From Amoeboaphelidium protococcarum X5 (Eukaryota > Fungi > Aphelidiomycota): a stretch of DNA of 64,000 nucleotides. The notes below the pieces were generated by a model, which was not told where the DNA came from, searched no databases, and saw only the letters and a list, made by a program, of their open reading frames with translations. The stretch covers positions 92,677 to 156,676 of the forward strand of contig JALDTO010000246.1 in the NCBI GenBank assembly GCA_023515725.1, in the 5' to 3' direction. Below are positions 42,102-55,053 of the stretch, one piece after another. Every line of letters starts with the position of its first letter. Position 1 is the stretch's first letter. The translations under genes and the position numbers were made by a program.

Positions 42102-43183
42102 TTGTGATATTCTGGCGTAAGGACGACATTGTTTAGAGCGCACAGGAAATACATATACCAGTTGCTAAGAAACCATTTTTTAGAGTAAATATGTGAATTA
42201 TCTTCGCTTCAATGGTTGTTAGGAATTTCAATCACTCAGTGGTTGGTATAAAAGAAAGTGTGTGGATGAAGTCGTAGAAATATTACGACATTACTTTCCA
42301 TTACGCTGATTGGCTAATTGGTCGTGGATGTCATAAATTAGTAACACTTTGCGGCAACTCCAATCCTACTCTGAACTTGTCGCTATTTAAAGAAACTCGA
42401 AACCATATAATATTTGTAAAGATAATTCAGTTTGTCCGCCGTCATCTCTAAAATAAACAAAGACGGCACCTACGGAACTATTAGCAGATCTTATCTTTTA
42501 CCGGCCCAATACGTTTGAAACTGCATATTTGCTGAAGTCTTTTCACTATAATGAGGTGGCCTTACTGAACATCGTTCCATTTTAGTGCGCTTTGGCAACA
42601 ATCCATATTTAAAATGGAACTACTGTCGCGAAAACTTTAGACTCTTGTTTCAAACATCCACATCAATCTATCTAATTGCCATCTATCTATTATTTAATTG
42701 GATGGATCCAAAGCCGTAGATGGCGCGCAGCGACATGCCCCCATTGTTTACTGAGGCATTAAAAGACGCCTATACACACCAATCTGAAATCAGTTAAATC
42801 AACAAACTTTGTAACGCGTGTGATGCTGCGTGTAACTATCGTTTACTGTCGGTCAGAATGACGAACTGCGGATATTTCGATACATAACACACATCAATGC
42901 ATCCGTGCGAATATAATGTTTCTGACCAGTATGGAGTCGATTACATTGAAAAAATCCAGCGCGCGCCGGTATAATGCCTTTTCATCTTCAAGCTTAGTTT
43001 GAATCCACATGCTCTGATTAAACAGGCGCAGTTGATTTCGAATCAAAATTCAGGGGCTTTCTCAGCCCCGATAACATCATCCAGTGTCGACGCCTCTCGT
43101 TCACTCCCACTCTCTCTCTCTGTGTCGCTTATCATCTATAAACAGCTTTGATTTGCACATAATCTAATTAACAATTGCACACA

Positions 43184-43876
43184 ATGAAGATTTCTCTAAT
43201 CAGCTTAATGGCCATGGGAGCTATGGGCTCTTATATCAAGTTTTAGGAAGCTTTGGGCCCAATCGTTGAGCTAATGGAGCAGGACGCGTCTTCTCCTGCT
43301 GCGATGGCATTCCCTGGTGGATCCCGTCCTAAGCCACCTCAGTTGTGCTGGAAATCATTTGGCAAGGCTGTCAAGTCTCAGTGTGCCGCCAACGAAGAAT
43401 TCTCTGCTGGTGCGTGCTACCCTGCTTGTAAAGAAGGCTACAAGGGATTCGGTCCTTACTGTGTTGCCCCAAAGCCTACCGACTCAGCTGGTCTGGATAC
43501 TTATGAGCGCGTCGCCACCGTCATGGATCTGCCAGTGTCCACCACCACTGAGTCTGCCACTGCTGTATGCCCAGCCAACATGCTGATGGCCACTGACAAT
43601 GAGACGTGTATCTCTGCTCAGTGTCCAGCTGCAGTTCCTTTCGATTGTGCTCTATTCTGTTCCAAGAATGCTTACACCTGTGCTGTCCAGATGGGCGGAT
43701 TAGGTACTGCTATCTTTAACATTATCAAGGATGTATCTTCCGGAAACTGGCCTTCTGCTATTAACAAGGCTCAGGCTCTGTACCAGCAGGTCAGAGCTAT
43801 CCCAGCATGTGCCGAGTCTGCTTAGGCTTAGTCCAATGACATTCTGGTTGAATTTATCCAGCTGTTCAAGAACTGA
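43184..43876 (+). CDS. secreted cysteine-rich protein
   Basis: Signal-like MKISLISLMAMGAMG; CWKSFG...CYPACKEGYKGFGPYC...CP...DCALFC; codon usage like the highly expressed genes. Confidence 0.8.
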
Positions 43877-44238
43877 TCTTTGTTCTAATAAATGACTAGT
43901 TTACAACAACATTATTACTTTTTTATGCGTTTCTTGAAGTTTATCTATGTTTATGAAGAATCTTCATTGCATTCAACTTAAGGGAGTATTACAAATGTTA
44001 CTTGCTTCACTAAGTGCACATCAGTACTGTGTGCCTGTTATGATCAGTTTACTAACCCTATTGGTCAATTATCGTTTCAGTTTCAGTTTCGCTCTTTACG
44101 TTTCTCTTCCTTCGTTATTAATACCTAAAGCCAGTTACTATCAAGTCTGTGATTGTAGTAGAATTATAGTCTCATATTTACTAATTCAAGTTTATCTGAA
44201 CATTCTACTGACTATCATAGAACTGCAGTATAGAAAGA

Positions 44239-45348
44239 ATGTCTTTTAGAAGGCGATTGATCAGTTTTATATGGTTTGTGCTGTTTGTTACTGTTGTAGT
44301 ACAAGTATTGCGGATTGCATTCTACTTTTATACTCTGATATACTTTCCATATGACAATCTTCAAATACCGTTAGATACTGATATTAAGTAAGGGAATGCT
44401 GAGAAAACGTCTCCTGGTGGCCAACACAACGATACTAGATTCATACCCAAGATTATACATTAAATGTACAAGTAGAATCACTCGCTACCTCTCCACTGGG
44501 CACAGGCACGGTAATCGTGTGAAAGTTTGTACTAGCCTCTTGGATATGAAGTCAAGCTGTGGACAGATGATGAACTCGATCGCTTTATGCTTTTAAATTA
44601 TCCTGATGCTTATCATGGTTTATTCTAAACATATAGATATTAGATTTAGAGAATAGATGCTGTGCGATATTTCCTACTGTATCATTATGGAGGAATATAT
44701 CTTGATCTTGACATTGGATGCAAGAAGGATATAACTGATTTGCTCTATACAATAAACTTATAGCAGGCGACTGCTGTACTTCCAATGACTGCACCTTTTG
44801 GCGTCAGTAATGATCTGGTTATATCTCCAGCGAGACATCCATTTGCCAAGTTGATGATGGATCAATTGGAATCCCACAACTATGATCTAATGCTGAAAAG
44901 TATGACTGTCCTGCTCAGCACCGGCCCCGCGTTTGTTGATAGATGTATTAGATTATACGCTATGTAGTACGGTTATCACAGTGGCCTCGCTATTCTGCCT
45001 CATGAATGGTATGGCTCCCACGTTAATTCACATTTCTATCACGTCACTGGTAATAGCTGGCACGAGAAGGATTCCACCATGATGAATTACTTGAATGAGC
45101 ATCGGTTCACATCATTCCTCACGATTTCTCTCTCTCTCACGTCTGTCTGTCTCTTTGGGTTCCTCCTGTGTACCAAACGCAGAAAGTTATCTAATTTTGA
45201 ACGGAAAGTGAACGTAATTTAAACATTGATTATTTCCTTAATATTTCACACTTTGCATATAAGTTTGAAATTATTACACGAATCATATGATTTACCTTGT
45301 TCAGTTCTCTCCAGCAATTTCTTCATCATTTGCAAAGTTTACAATTGA
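44239..45348 (+). CDS. GT32 mannosyltransferase (Sur1/Csh1 MIPC synthase-like); may end at TAA 45220-45222
   Basis: N-terminal TM, IPKIIHQ, LWTD, QRIDAVRYF, GGIYLDLD, GVSND, STGP, HVTGNSWH, C-terminal TM. Confidence 0.9.
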
Positions 45349-45377
45349 AGTCGGATCTTATCTATCGCTAGGTGAAA

Positions 45378-46211
45378 ATGTATTTGACGCGCGTGTTGAG
45401 ATAGTAATAGTAACCAATGCTGTAATCAGTCAACAATATCAGTAGTGGAATGCGTATGATATTACCTTCATTTACCAGAAGCCCGACTGTGCAAGCTTTT
45501 GTGTATGAATTCAATAATACTCAGCCGATTGGTGTCGCTCTGCTGCAAAAGTCAGTGTTCGCTGCACCTATTCGCTCGGACATTATGCACAAATGCGTCG
45601 TGTATTAGCAAGGACAAATGCGCGGACTAGTGAAGGCACCGTATGCTGATATTAATGATCGATACTCTCCCGTGGGAAAGTCACGTAATGAAATGGGATT
45701 CAGCGGCAGGAAGATCCTGAAGTAGAAAGGCAACGGTAGAGCGAGATAAGGCACCAGAGGAAGTCCTTCGCGTTTTGAGTCTGGTCTTGCATTTCCCAGG
45801 AAGTTTATCGATTTTAGGATTGAATTGCCTAAGAAGATGTAGTAGTTTGGTCTTAGAAGCTCCCTGTCTAGCAAGTACGCGTAGGATCAGTTGCGACTCG
45901 TTGATGGATTGGAGAGTATCATGGAGTCATCTAATTTCAGTGATCATAATCAGTTGTAGCGCGAAAGTCTACCACTGACAGCTGGTAATTTATAAATTGA
46001 AAATCCATTATTGGATAATTCTAAATTCTTGTATGTGTTGGGCGATGCTGCCATGGTAGAAAAAGCTTCTGGAATATTGCCTGAAGATTATAAAAGAATT
46101 CAATTCAAAACTGCTAAAGATTTGACTGCATATGATGTTCTGTGTCATGACTATTTGCTCTTGTCGCAGGAAGCACTGCAAGTACTGGAAAGAAAATTAC
46201 ACGTGTACTGA
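45378..46211 (+). CDS. mitochondrial ribosomal protein uL4m
   Basis: VFAAPIRSDIMHKCV, KSRNEM.FSGRKILKQKGNGRARQG, LPKKM..GLRSSLSSK, YDVL. Confidence 0.88.
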
Positions 46212-46255
46212 ATTTATTATAGACCAGTTTAATATCTTTCTATTTATCTTCTTTA

Positions 46256-49200
46256 TCATTATGATTTCATTTTGAGATTGTAAAATGTAAAGCACTGCTG
46301 CATCTTCACAAGCTCCCTATTGAATAAGAGATTAAGGTCTTTGATAGTGTCAGGTAATGTCGCCGTGCTTTTGAAACCATCATTCTCACTATCCAATTGA
46401 GATGGCAGCAACTACTAACTGTTCTGCTAGAATGCATCACTGGTACTAGAGATGTCTCTAACTTTACCTTCAGTTTGCAGCAGTGATTAGAAGAGATTCA
46501 GACGATCAAAACTTTCCAGAGCTTTAAAGCATTTTAACGCGACAAATGCACCAATAACCAAGCTATCATTAAACAGTTGATACTCTAAAATACCGCGTTT
46601 AACATGTTACTCAGACAGAAGTTATCGCGAGTTACGAAATTACAGGATAGAAGATTAAACCATCAGCAAAGCGGCCAAGTAAGCAACTTCTTTGCAATCA
46701 TACGAACCGAGTTCCAGGATACTTTTCAAGTTTTTGCTATAAGTTAAACTCAAAACAGGGTCGTTAAACTTCTCCAAAGAATCAGGTTGATCTATGATTG
46801 CAAATAGTGAGAATACGTAACCAATCTTGTTGACCGTAGACGCATACTTGGCCAAATGAGGTTCTACTTTATGCATAAAAGACAATATCACATCATACGG
46901 TACTTTCATGTCATACTTGATACATTTGTCATTGTATTACTTTGCAAATGACAGAATGCAACTGTACAAATACTCATCACGTACAAAATCACCAATCGAC
47001 TAAAGTAATTAATCCATTGTAGAATAAAGCGCCGACAATAGCGTGTTTTTTATCCCTAAGCCATGAACTTTAGAACAATCATTCATGTCGCGACTACTTA
47101 TCACTGTCAGATTACCAGCCTGCAGCGACTTTGAGACAAAGCTTTGAGATACCCAGTCAAACTAGAAATCACTTACAAAATATTCCAGCCTACCATCAAC
47201 AATGATTTAGTAGATATCAGTATCGACCGAGTAGTAACTCTCAAGTCTAGGCAGTCCATAAGGCACTTTGTCTACATTTATTCCATAGTAGAACAGTGCC
47301 AATCTCTTCATCTCTGTGTATATTTCTGCATCTTTAGGAAATGACATTTGATAATCGTAAAAAGATCGAATCATACACTACTCCACTTCTTATCTCAAAA
47401 ATATACGATGATCTTATCTCGCAATAAACTATTCATTGTCAAATACACCAAATACAAAATCAATGTCTTGTTTAAGGTCAGCATTCGAATCGCCCAGGAC
47501 AGCCGTAATACGTAATTCATTCTCAATCTCCAAACTAATAAATTTGACAAAGTCTTTCCACAGAAGCTAGATAGATCTCTTAAACTATTCAACAATTTAG
47601 ACTTTAACATCCTGGTGAAGATGTACACAAGAATTGCTTAAATATTCGCCTGACTTACGCGCAACCGAGAGCATATCAGGCAGTAAAGCACACACTTTCA
47701 TATCCCTCTAGGATTATTGAAATAGAGCATCAATGATTACATTGTTAAAGTAGAAAACCTCTGCCAGATCAGCACTTGCCTCAAGTTGAGATGTGAAATC
47801 CATAAATAGTTCCAGCCGGGAGAGAAGCAATCTAAACTACTACACCAAGCTCTTTTTCATCACCCCAGGTCCAGATATTAAATCAAATCCAAATTTAATA
47901 ACATCTAAAGTAGCAAGAGAAGGATTGTTATAGAGACAGGCAATCATCAAATCCAGCAGTTGACTGTACTTGGCATTCTTTGTGGAATTGGATACATTCT
48001 TCTTGACTTGATAAAGCAATACGGCCAACTACACGGATAGATGTCTTACAATGTACACTTGATATATCACCAATTGAGAATTGCTTATTAATCCATGAAC
48101 CCTTTAGAGAATCTAGACTAATTCACATAGTCGTACAGCATTCTCATAACTAATAGGCTGTTGACATGCACAATGAAGACCAATAAAGTCACATACAGTC
48201 TTTTTAATGAGCACACAATATCTCAAAGCTTCCATATGAACTAGCAGCTTAGAGTCCAAATAATCTTACGCCGACGAATTATTAGAAGGCTTTCGAGATA
48301 AATGCAACTAAAGAGAAGTTACGCGTTTCTACCACTCTGTGACTGATTTACGCAAATCATCATCAGAAAATTGACAACATGCACGGAGTAAATTCTGACA
48401 CTATTCCGCAGTGATTTTACTCTTTCTAAATAGGAGTGGACACTGTTGCATTAAAAGTTCATACGTAATTAAGGGGACTTCTTCGCATAGATGCAAGTAC
48501 GGAAACTTGGCACAAATTTCGAGTAAAGCCTTGTTGATCTTTGCATTCTTATACTGCAGCGATGGATACATTTGCCATAGAAGTAGAATTAACTACACGG
48601 CGCCAATTAGACGCAGGCTCTCATCAACTGAGATTGTGACGGCAGATTTGGACTATAGCAATGATCCCATGATAGAGCAACTGGTCTACAGCAGTGACTC
48701 GGCCAACTTTACATTTCCCAACAGCTCAAGCATTGGATCATTAGCTGACTGAATATCATCAATAGTAAACAACTGAGCAGTGCACTTTATATAATCAGCT
48801 CTAAATAAACACTCATCAATACTCACTACAATGGAGCGGATACTCTGATTCTGCATCAACTCTAGCTTTGCAATCTACCAGCAAGGACGCAAGTAATCAT
48901 TAGAGATGACCAGTTCTTCCACAGTCAGTTAAATATTCATCAAATCCATCAATGTCTTTAACAAGTTAATCGGACGCGTCAACAGGCCCAGATCAAACTT
49001 GTTCTTATGTAAAGCATTCAAATGCAACAGCAAATCTTTAATAGTTACACGTATATTCTCCATCACTTTGGTAAAATCTTCCAGAAATGGTAAATATTAC
49101 CACATCATTCCATATATCACCTCTTTATCAATTTCATTAACACTAACATCAGGTAATCCCTCTCCAAAGAGCCTTAATTTACCATACAATTCAATAGCTG

Positions 49201-49330
49201 TAATCTTTAATTAAGACGCTGCAGTCATTGATTTCGAGACACTGAGCACACACCCACATGCCTAATCTTGCTCATAATCACCAAATTAACAGGAATTCGA
49301 CAATGCTAATTTCAACTAAATGAAACTCAT
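46256..49330 (-). CDS. WASH complex subunit 4 (SWIP/KIAA1033)-like, divergent
   Basis: 1024-aa frame. VHGLGIKNT...DFVRDEYLYS resembles SWIP THGTGIMNT...FLYDEHIKS; FNDSLVIG...LK...FDRL resembles FTDDGFAMG...LK...FDSL. Confidence 0.7.
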
Positions 49331-49598
49331 CCTAATTCCTCAATGTTAATCGAGTCTAAGGTACTAATAATCTATCTCAGGAAAATCAAAGCTCTAGAAT
49401 GAACAATAAAGCTCTTATAGGGAGAAAAGAAAGAGTGAAAATGAAGAGTTCTTCCAGCCCGCCGCTCTTTCAAACGATCCGATGCGATCCGGCTCTTTGT
49501 TCCCTTCTTTGTCTCTCTCACCAAACAAAACAATCACCTCATCATCATACGACTTAGTCATTGATTTATCTGTACGTTTGGCATAATTTATTAGTAGA

Positions 49599-50384
49599 AT
49601 GTCTTCTTAAGAATTGAGCGAATTGGCAAGATAGACTGCGCGAGTGTCTCTGCAGAATAGTATGTAGATGACTAATGCTCAGATCAATAGACTCGCGGAC
49701 AATGGCGCAAATAATAATGGTGATGTTGGTGGTAAAATCCGTTCATCTTCCGTTGAGCCGGATGGTCTCTCTTGGCCGAGCATTGGAACGCGGGAACGTC
49801 TGACAGAATCTGAAGACTAGCGGTAGGAGAGAATTAGGTAGATTGCTGCGTGCGTGTCTACTATTTTACGGCTGATCGGCGAAGATCCAACCAGGGAGGG
49901 ATTGTTAAAGACACCAGAGAGATATGCCAAAGCTCTGATGTACTTTAGTATTGGCTACGAGTCTAGTGTGACTGATGTCGTAAACGATGCCGTGTTCATG
50001 GAGGAGAATGATGAGATGGTCATTGTGAAGAATATAGAGATATTTAGTCTATGCGAACATCATATGGTGCCATTCATGGGCAAGGTTAGCATTGGTTACA
50101 TCCCTAATAATAAAGTGATTGGTTTGAGCAAGTTGGCACGTTTGGCCGAGATGTTTAGTCGTCGGTTGTAGGTGTAGGAGCGTCTCACCAGGTAGATTGC
50201 AATGTCTCTAATGGACACTTTGAATCCACAAGGAGTTGCCGTCACCATGGAAGCTTCTCATTTATGCATGGTCATGCGTGGTGTGCAGAAGCCTCATTCC
50301 TCAACCATCACATCGTGTATGCTGGGTGTATTTAGATCAGACTCCAAGACTAGAGAAGAATTTCTCACTTTGACGCGTAAATGA
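49599..50384 (+). CDS. FOL2: GTP cyclohydrolase I
   Basis: [35 protein letters not shown](Q)V(Q)[13 protein letters not shown]. Confidence 0.98.
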
Positions 50385-50649
50385 TATTCTTACTATATTA
50401 TGTCTATTCTTTATTATATTGAATTTTCAGGTTCTGATTACATTAAGTTATGTAAATTAAAATCAATAGTATATTACAACTGCTATACACGGTGCTTGAG
50501 AGATCAAATACCTTTGCCTCGTTTCAACACTCGCGGTGTAATGTCTCCGAATATTGTTCTCTCTGTATACGGTTTCAGTTTGAGGGAAAAAGTCTAAATT
50601 GTTTCACTCGATAAAACGTAAATCATTTATAATAGAGTGACACTTCAGT

Positions 50650-51004
50650 ATGGGAAACATCGCTGCAGGTATAGCTGATGCTTAGAAAAAGAATATGGAA
50701 GATGATCGCTATGCAAATGGCCGCCTCTAGAGACTTGTGCATGTGGATTGGTGGTGTTTGGTCAACTTTACTGGCTGGCGCAGTGATTAGCAGAAATCAA
50801 ATGGTACTTGCTCCACTGAGTGTCGTATCTGTAGTGTTAGCATATAATCTAGATATGGCATTTGGTGGTAAAATGGAGAGAATCAGGGCGGAACACTATC
50901 GCATCATCAACAATGAACAGCACTGGTTCAACTTGAAACAGAATGATCTGCAACTGGAGCAGAAAGTGAAGAGTGAATTATTAGAGCAAAAGAAGTAGCA
51001 ATGA
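50650..51004 (+). CDS. PLGRKT (plasminogen receptor KT)-like membrane protein with an apparent frameshift near 50700
   Basis: MGN...QKKNME lies in one frame; MIAMQMAASRDL...AYNLDMAFGGKMERIRAE lies in the next frame. Confidence 0.65.
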
Positions 51005-51050
51005 CTATAGTGAATATGTTCAGATTATTATTAATTAGCTTACGAAACTA

Positions 51051-51875
51051 TCATTATTACTATTAATTTAACTGAACTTGTTCTTGTTCAAGCAACTTGG
51101 TGTTCTAGTCCAATTACTCTTTCAACACTTGTAACATGGCCTTACGCAATTGAACAACACTATCCAACTTGGTTGGATCCTACTTGAGTATGGCAATCTT
51201 ATTGGTGGCTTCAATCAACTTTTAATACTCAACACACGAAGCCTATTGCTACTGCTTAAGTGATGCCGATGATGTTGAAGTATCAGATTCAGCTTTTCGC
51301 TTCTTAGAACTACCAGCGGCAGAAGAGGATGATGTTGATGATGAATCTTGACTACTATTGCTGAGCGGAGCATTAGATGCACCTGGCTGTATTGAACTCA
51401 ATCCACCAGCTAATGCTTAAATATACGCGTCATTGAATATTTTTCGCTCCTACCAAACGTTGAATAGCCGTTATACTTTCTAAACTATGGAGTCCACCTT
51501 CTTTGCATATTCAGCATGATTCTATAATCTCAACTGCTACCACTGCGAATAGAGCTTCTGCATAATTTCAGGTAGAATTGGTCTAAGAGCATCAAAGAAT
51601 TCTGGGCCTTTATTACGACTAGTCTGCAAAATGTCATTTACCAAATACAAGAGATTTATCTAACTTATCAGCTTATTTTTCACATCATTCAGTATGACAT
51701 CCTACCATATCTGAGCAATTATAACCGCTTTTCGTCGATAGAACACTAGATAGGCAGAGACTGTCTGAATCTGCGCAGTACTATCATTAAGTGAATTCAT
51801 TTTCTGTTTGCACTGCTCTTCCCATGACGGCCGCTTAGATTCATCGTTAGTATTTTAGGGTGATTACTCAGACAT
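51051..51875 (-). CDS. CTD-interacting-domain protein (Rtt103/RPRD1-like)
   Basis: KMNSLNDSTAQIQTVSAYLVFYRRKA, LLYLVNDILQTSRNKG.EF, RLFNVW.ERKIF. Confidence 0.88.
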
Positions 51876-52081
51876 CTCTCCTGCTGTATTATTAGCAGCA
51901 ATGGAAGAATGGGCTAAATAGGTAATTTCTCTCTAGTTCAAAGCGAACGGAAAAGTCTCGCTGAAGTTGTGTCTGAACGCGCTGTTGTTGATCTGCTCGT
52001 CTTAACGGTTTCAATGATAAAAATAGACGCGTCCTTTATTATTGTTGTTGTTAGTACATTAACTATGTGTTAATTATCGTA

Positions 52082-53170
52082 ATGGCACCGGATAATTTAA
52101 ATACTGAATAATTGAAGCAAGAAATCAGATACGAGTTAAAGCGAATTAGGTATCCTATCACTTTGGATGATTTCATTTGGAAAACCATTGTGCTTCAGGA
52201 CGTGAATGGACCGTGCCCTCTGATTTCAATTGTGAATTACCTAGTGATTACTGATAGATTTGAGTTTAAGGATGAACAATTGAAGCGCGGTGTATCTAAT
52301 TTAGAGTTATACGAGGTTATTATACAGCGAATGTATTCTAATCAGTCTGCTGATAATGACGTTGATGCTTCCATAATGTTCCCAGTTGAAACTCTTAGTC
52401 AAGGTTTGCACGTTAATCCTGATCTATACAATGTGAGTTGCTTCGAGCCAACTAATGAAATTAAATTCTTTTAATCGCTTGGTGTGAAGTTGGTCCATGG
52501 TTGGCTCATCCCTAAATGTGATGGTCTTGATCAAAAGTCCTCCTTGTTCTATGATGAGGCTACTATGATGATTGTACAAGGTGAGGACGTTGAGGAGAAG
52601 TTGTAGAAACACTACAGTGTTGAGCCGTAGGCAGAAGACAGAAAAGTTGATACTTCATAAGCTCTGACTGATGAGCAGATTTAATCGTGTGAGTCTCAAG
52701 TGAAGTTGGCACATACCGTACAAATTGCACTTGATGCATCGCGATCTTAAATTACAGTTGAAGGCATATATGAGCTTTTGCAATCTTTACAGCTTTTTGA
52801 ACCGGCTGTATTATTTAGGAACAATCATTTCTCGATTATAGTTAAAGTTCCCATTCCAGGATAGGATGAAGAGTGTAGATTGATCAATCTAGTTACAGAT
52901 ACTGGGTATCGTGAGAGTGATATAGTGTGGGAAGCTATCATGACAGAGGATGGTGACACTCAGTATTTGGACTATCGTATTATTCCTATTAATACGTTCA
53001 AATCTGTATAAAGCTTATCCGAGGAGGAGCAGGATAGGATTATCGCGCAAGAGCTGGCTCAGAGAGAATAGGATCAGTATCAGGCTTAGTAAGAGAGGCG
53101 TGCTAGATAGAATCAACAGAGTCAGTCGGCAAGTTCCTCCAGTAAACGCGATAAATGTTCAGTGATGTGA
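52082..53170 (+). CDS. MINDY-1/2 family deubiquitinase
   Basis: QDVNGPCPLISIVN, LVHGWL, FRNNHFS, LVTDTGY; C-terminal CAAX (CSVM) followed by TGA. Confidence 0.93.
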
Positions 53171-53268
53171 TAGAGATAATTTAAAGGTTTAACAATCAGT
53201 CTCAATTAAAACAATTCTATTTCTATTTCTCTTTAAATCAATTCACTACCATCGGCCAACTGGAATGA

Positions 53269-54438
53269 TCAAACATTGTTCGTTGCGGCAGGCTTAGACT
53301 CCTCAGAAGGTTGTGGCATTTCAGTGCCGTCATAATTTCGCTTGTAATATTTATCAAAATCGTCAGTTGTCTAAATTTTTGCTGCAGTGTACAGCTCCTT
53401 TTCAGGCAGAATATTCAACATTGCAATTTCCACAATGAACACTGCGACACGCGTCAAAGCCAGAGAAGCCACTAGATTAACAAGCAAAGCCATGAAATCA
53501 AACTTTCCGATAGAACCAGTCTACTGTACTACGATTCTTAATCCATGACGGTTTGCAATAGTAATCGTATTACCATTAGCATTGTACAGAGGTTCTTGCC
53601 ATTTGAATTCAGTCTGATCAACAGGTTTCACCTGGTAGGTGTACTTCAATTCACTAGGATTTGACTCACGTACACCATAATTGATGTAAATGATAATCAC
53701 TTTCCCGTCATAACGAATAGTCGACGAAGTACCAGGTGCAAGACTTGACTGATCAAGACCCTGAGATCCCAAACCGGCAGCCTGGATTATTTCAGCCAAA
53801 GTGACAATATCTCCGGGAGAGTTGACATCAGCTGGAAACTCCTTGATGACATTTCCATTCTAATCGACCAACTTACCTGGCATTTGCTAGGTACGCTAAG
53901 CAACTCCAGTCTCTTTACCCAACACCACATGATCAATCAGCATGGTATAAGACTCAATGTCTGCAATGTAATACGGAGTAGACGGTTGTGCAGTAGCCAG
54001 ACAGCTTGGATCAGTAGGTGGAAGATTCTGGGCGATTGAAGGCGATGCACAACCAGGGGGGTAGGTGAGATTGAATAGACTCACTCTGGTGGTGGCCAGT
54101 AATGAACCATCTTCCAGCGTTGGAGCAACGACATCACTCGGCAAATAAGCACATTGAACCGAAGTGCTGCAATATGCCAACTGAGTAGGTGGTCTGATCG
54201 TACTCGGAGCCTTCAAGTTCATACGCACACTACCAGAGGACGGCGGCTCAATGCTCAGGTATTTCTGATTCAAAATTATGGATATTATGATATATAGGAA
54301 GATCGCCAACGTGGATACATAGTAGAAGGCACCCAGACGCGCATCTCTGATCTTAACAATCTTGATCGTGGAATATGCAAGAGCATCATCCCAATCGGCA
54401 ATGCCAAGTTTCTCTTACAACTCGTTTAGAAATCCCAT
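53269..54438 (-). CDS. P2X purinergic receptor-like ion channel
   Basis: YSTIKIVKIRDARLG before TM1; RHGLRIV..QTGSIGKFDF, TM2, YxxxK tail motif. Confidence 0.9.
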
Positions 54439-55053
54439 ATTCAATGTTTATCTCAAGTGTATATCGTGAGAGGTGTGCAATAGCAGAAATGGGTTTCATA
54501 TTGATATAATTAGCATGTTGTTATCGACAAGTTCACCAGCTGTCAGTCACCATATCAACAAATCACCAGATCTATTCAGCCAGTAGTCAAGTCAATATTG
54601 TCGCTGAAATCACACGCGTTTTAACACTTAAGTATATAAGTATTGCATTCTATAATTGACCCTGTAAAAAAATAACTACTGTACTTATTATCCTGAGCAA
54701 TTTAGTCCTCATTAGAATTCACTGAAACGTGCTGATGATTTTGATACGATTGATGCTACCGAATAACCGGTCGACCTGAGAACCACTGCGAGTAATATAC
54801 TCATTAACTTCTGCAATTCTACTCCGGCAACTTCTTCACTGCTGCAATTAATTTCGGATTTTTACTCATCTCTGCCGTTCTAAAGAGCTCCATTGATCGC
54901 TTGTTGGAGCTGCAGTGTAAATCTCAAACTTTGATCATCTCCGCGTTCACAAGTCAACTTCCACTTTAAAGCGACAAGTTAAAACTAAAACTTCTTGTCC
55001 AATTTACAAATTCATTTGCATAAATAAATAATAAATAAAGTGCAACCTACAAT

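Noticed and set aside
54700-54965. ~85-codon TGA-free minus-strand frame upstream of P2X
   Set aside because: No clear start codon or motif; cannot be supported as a gene
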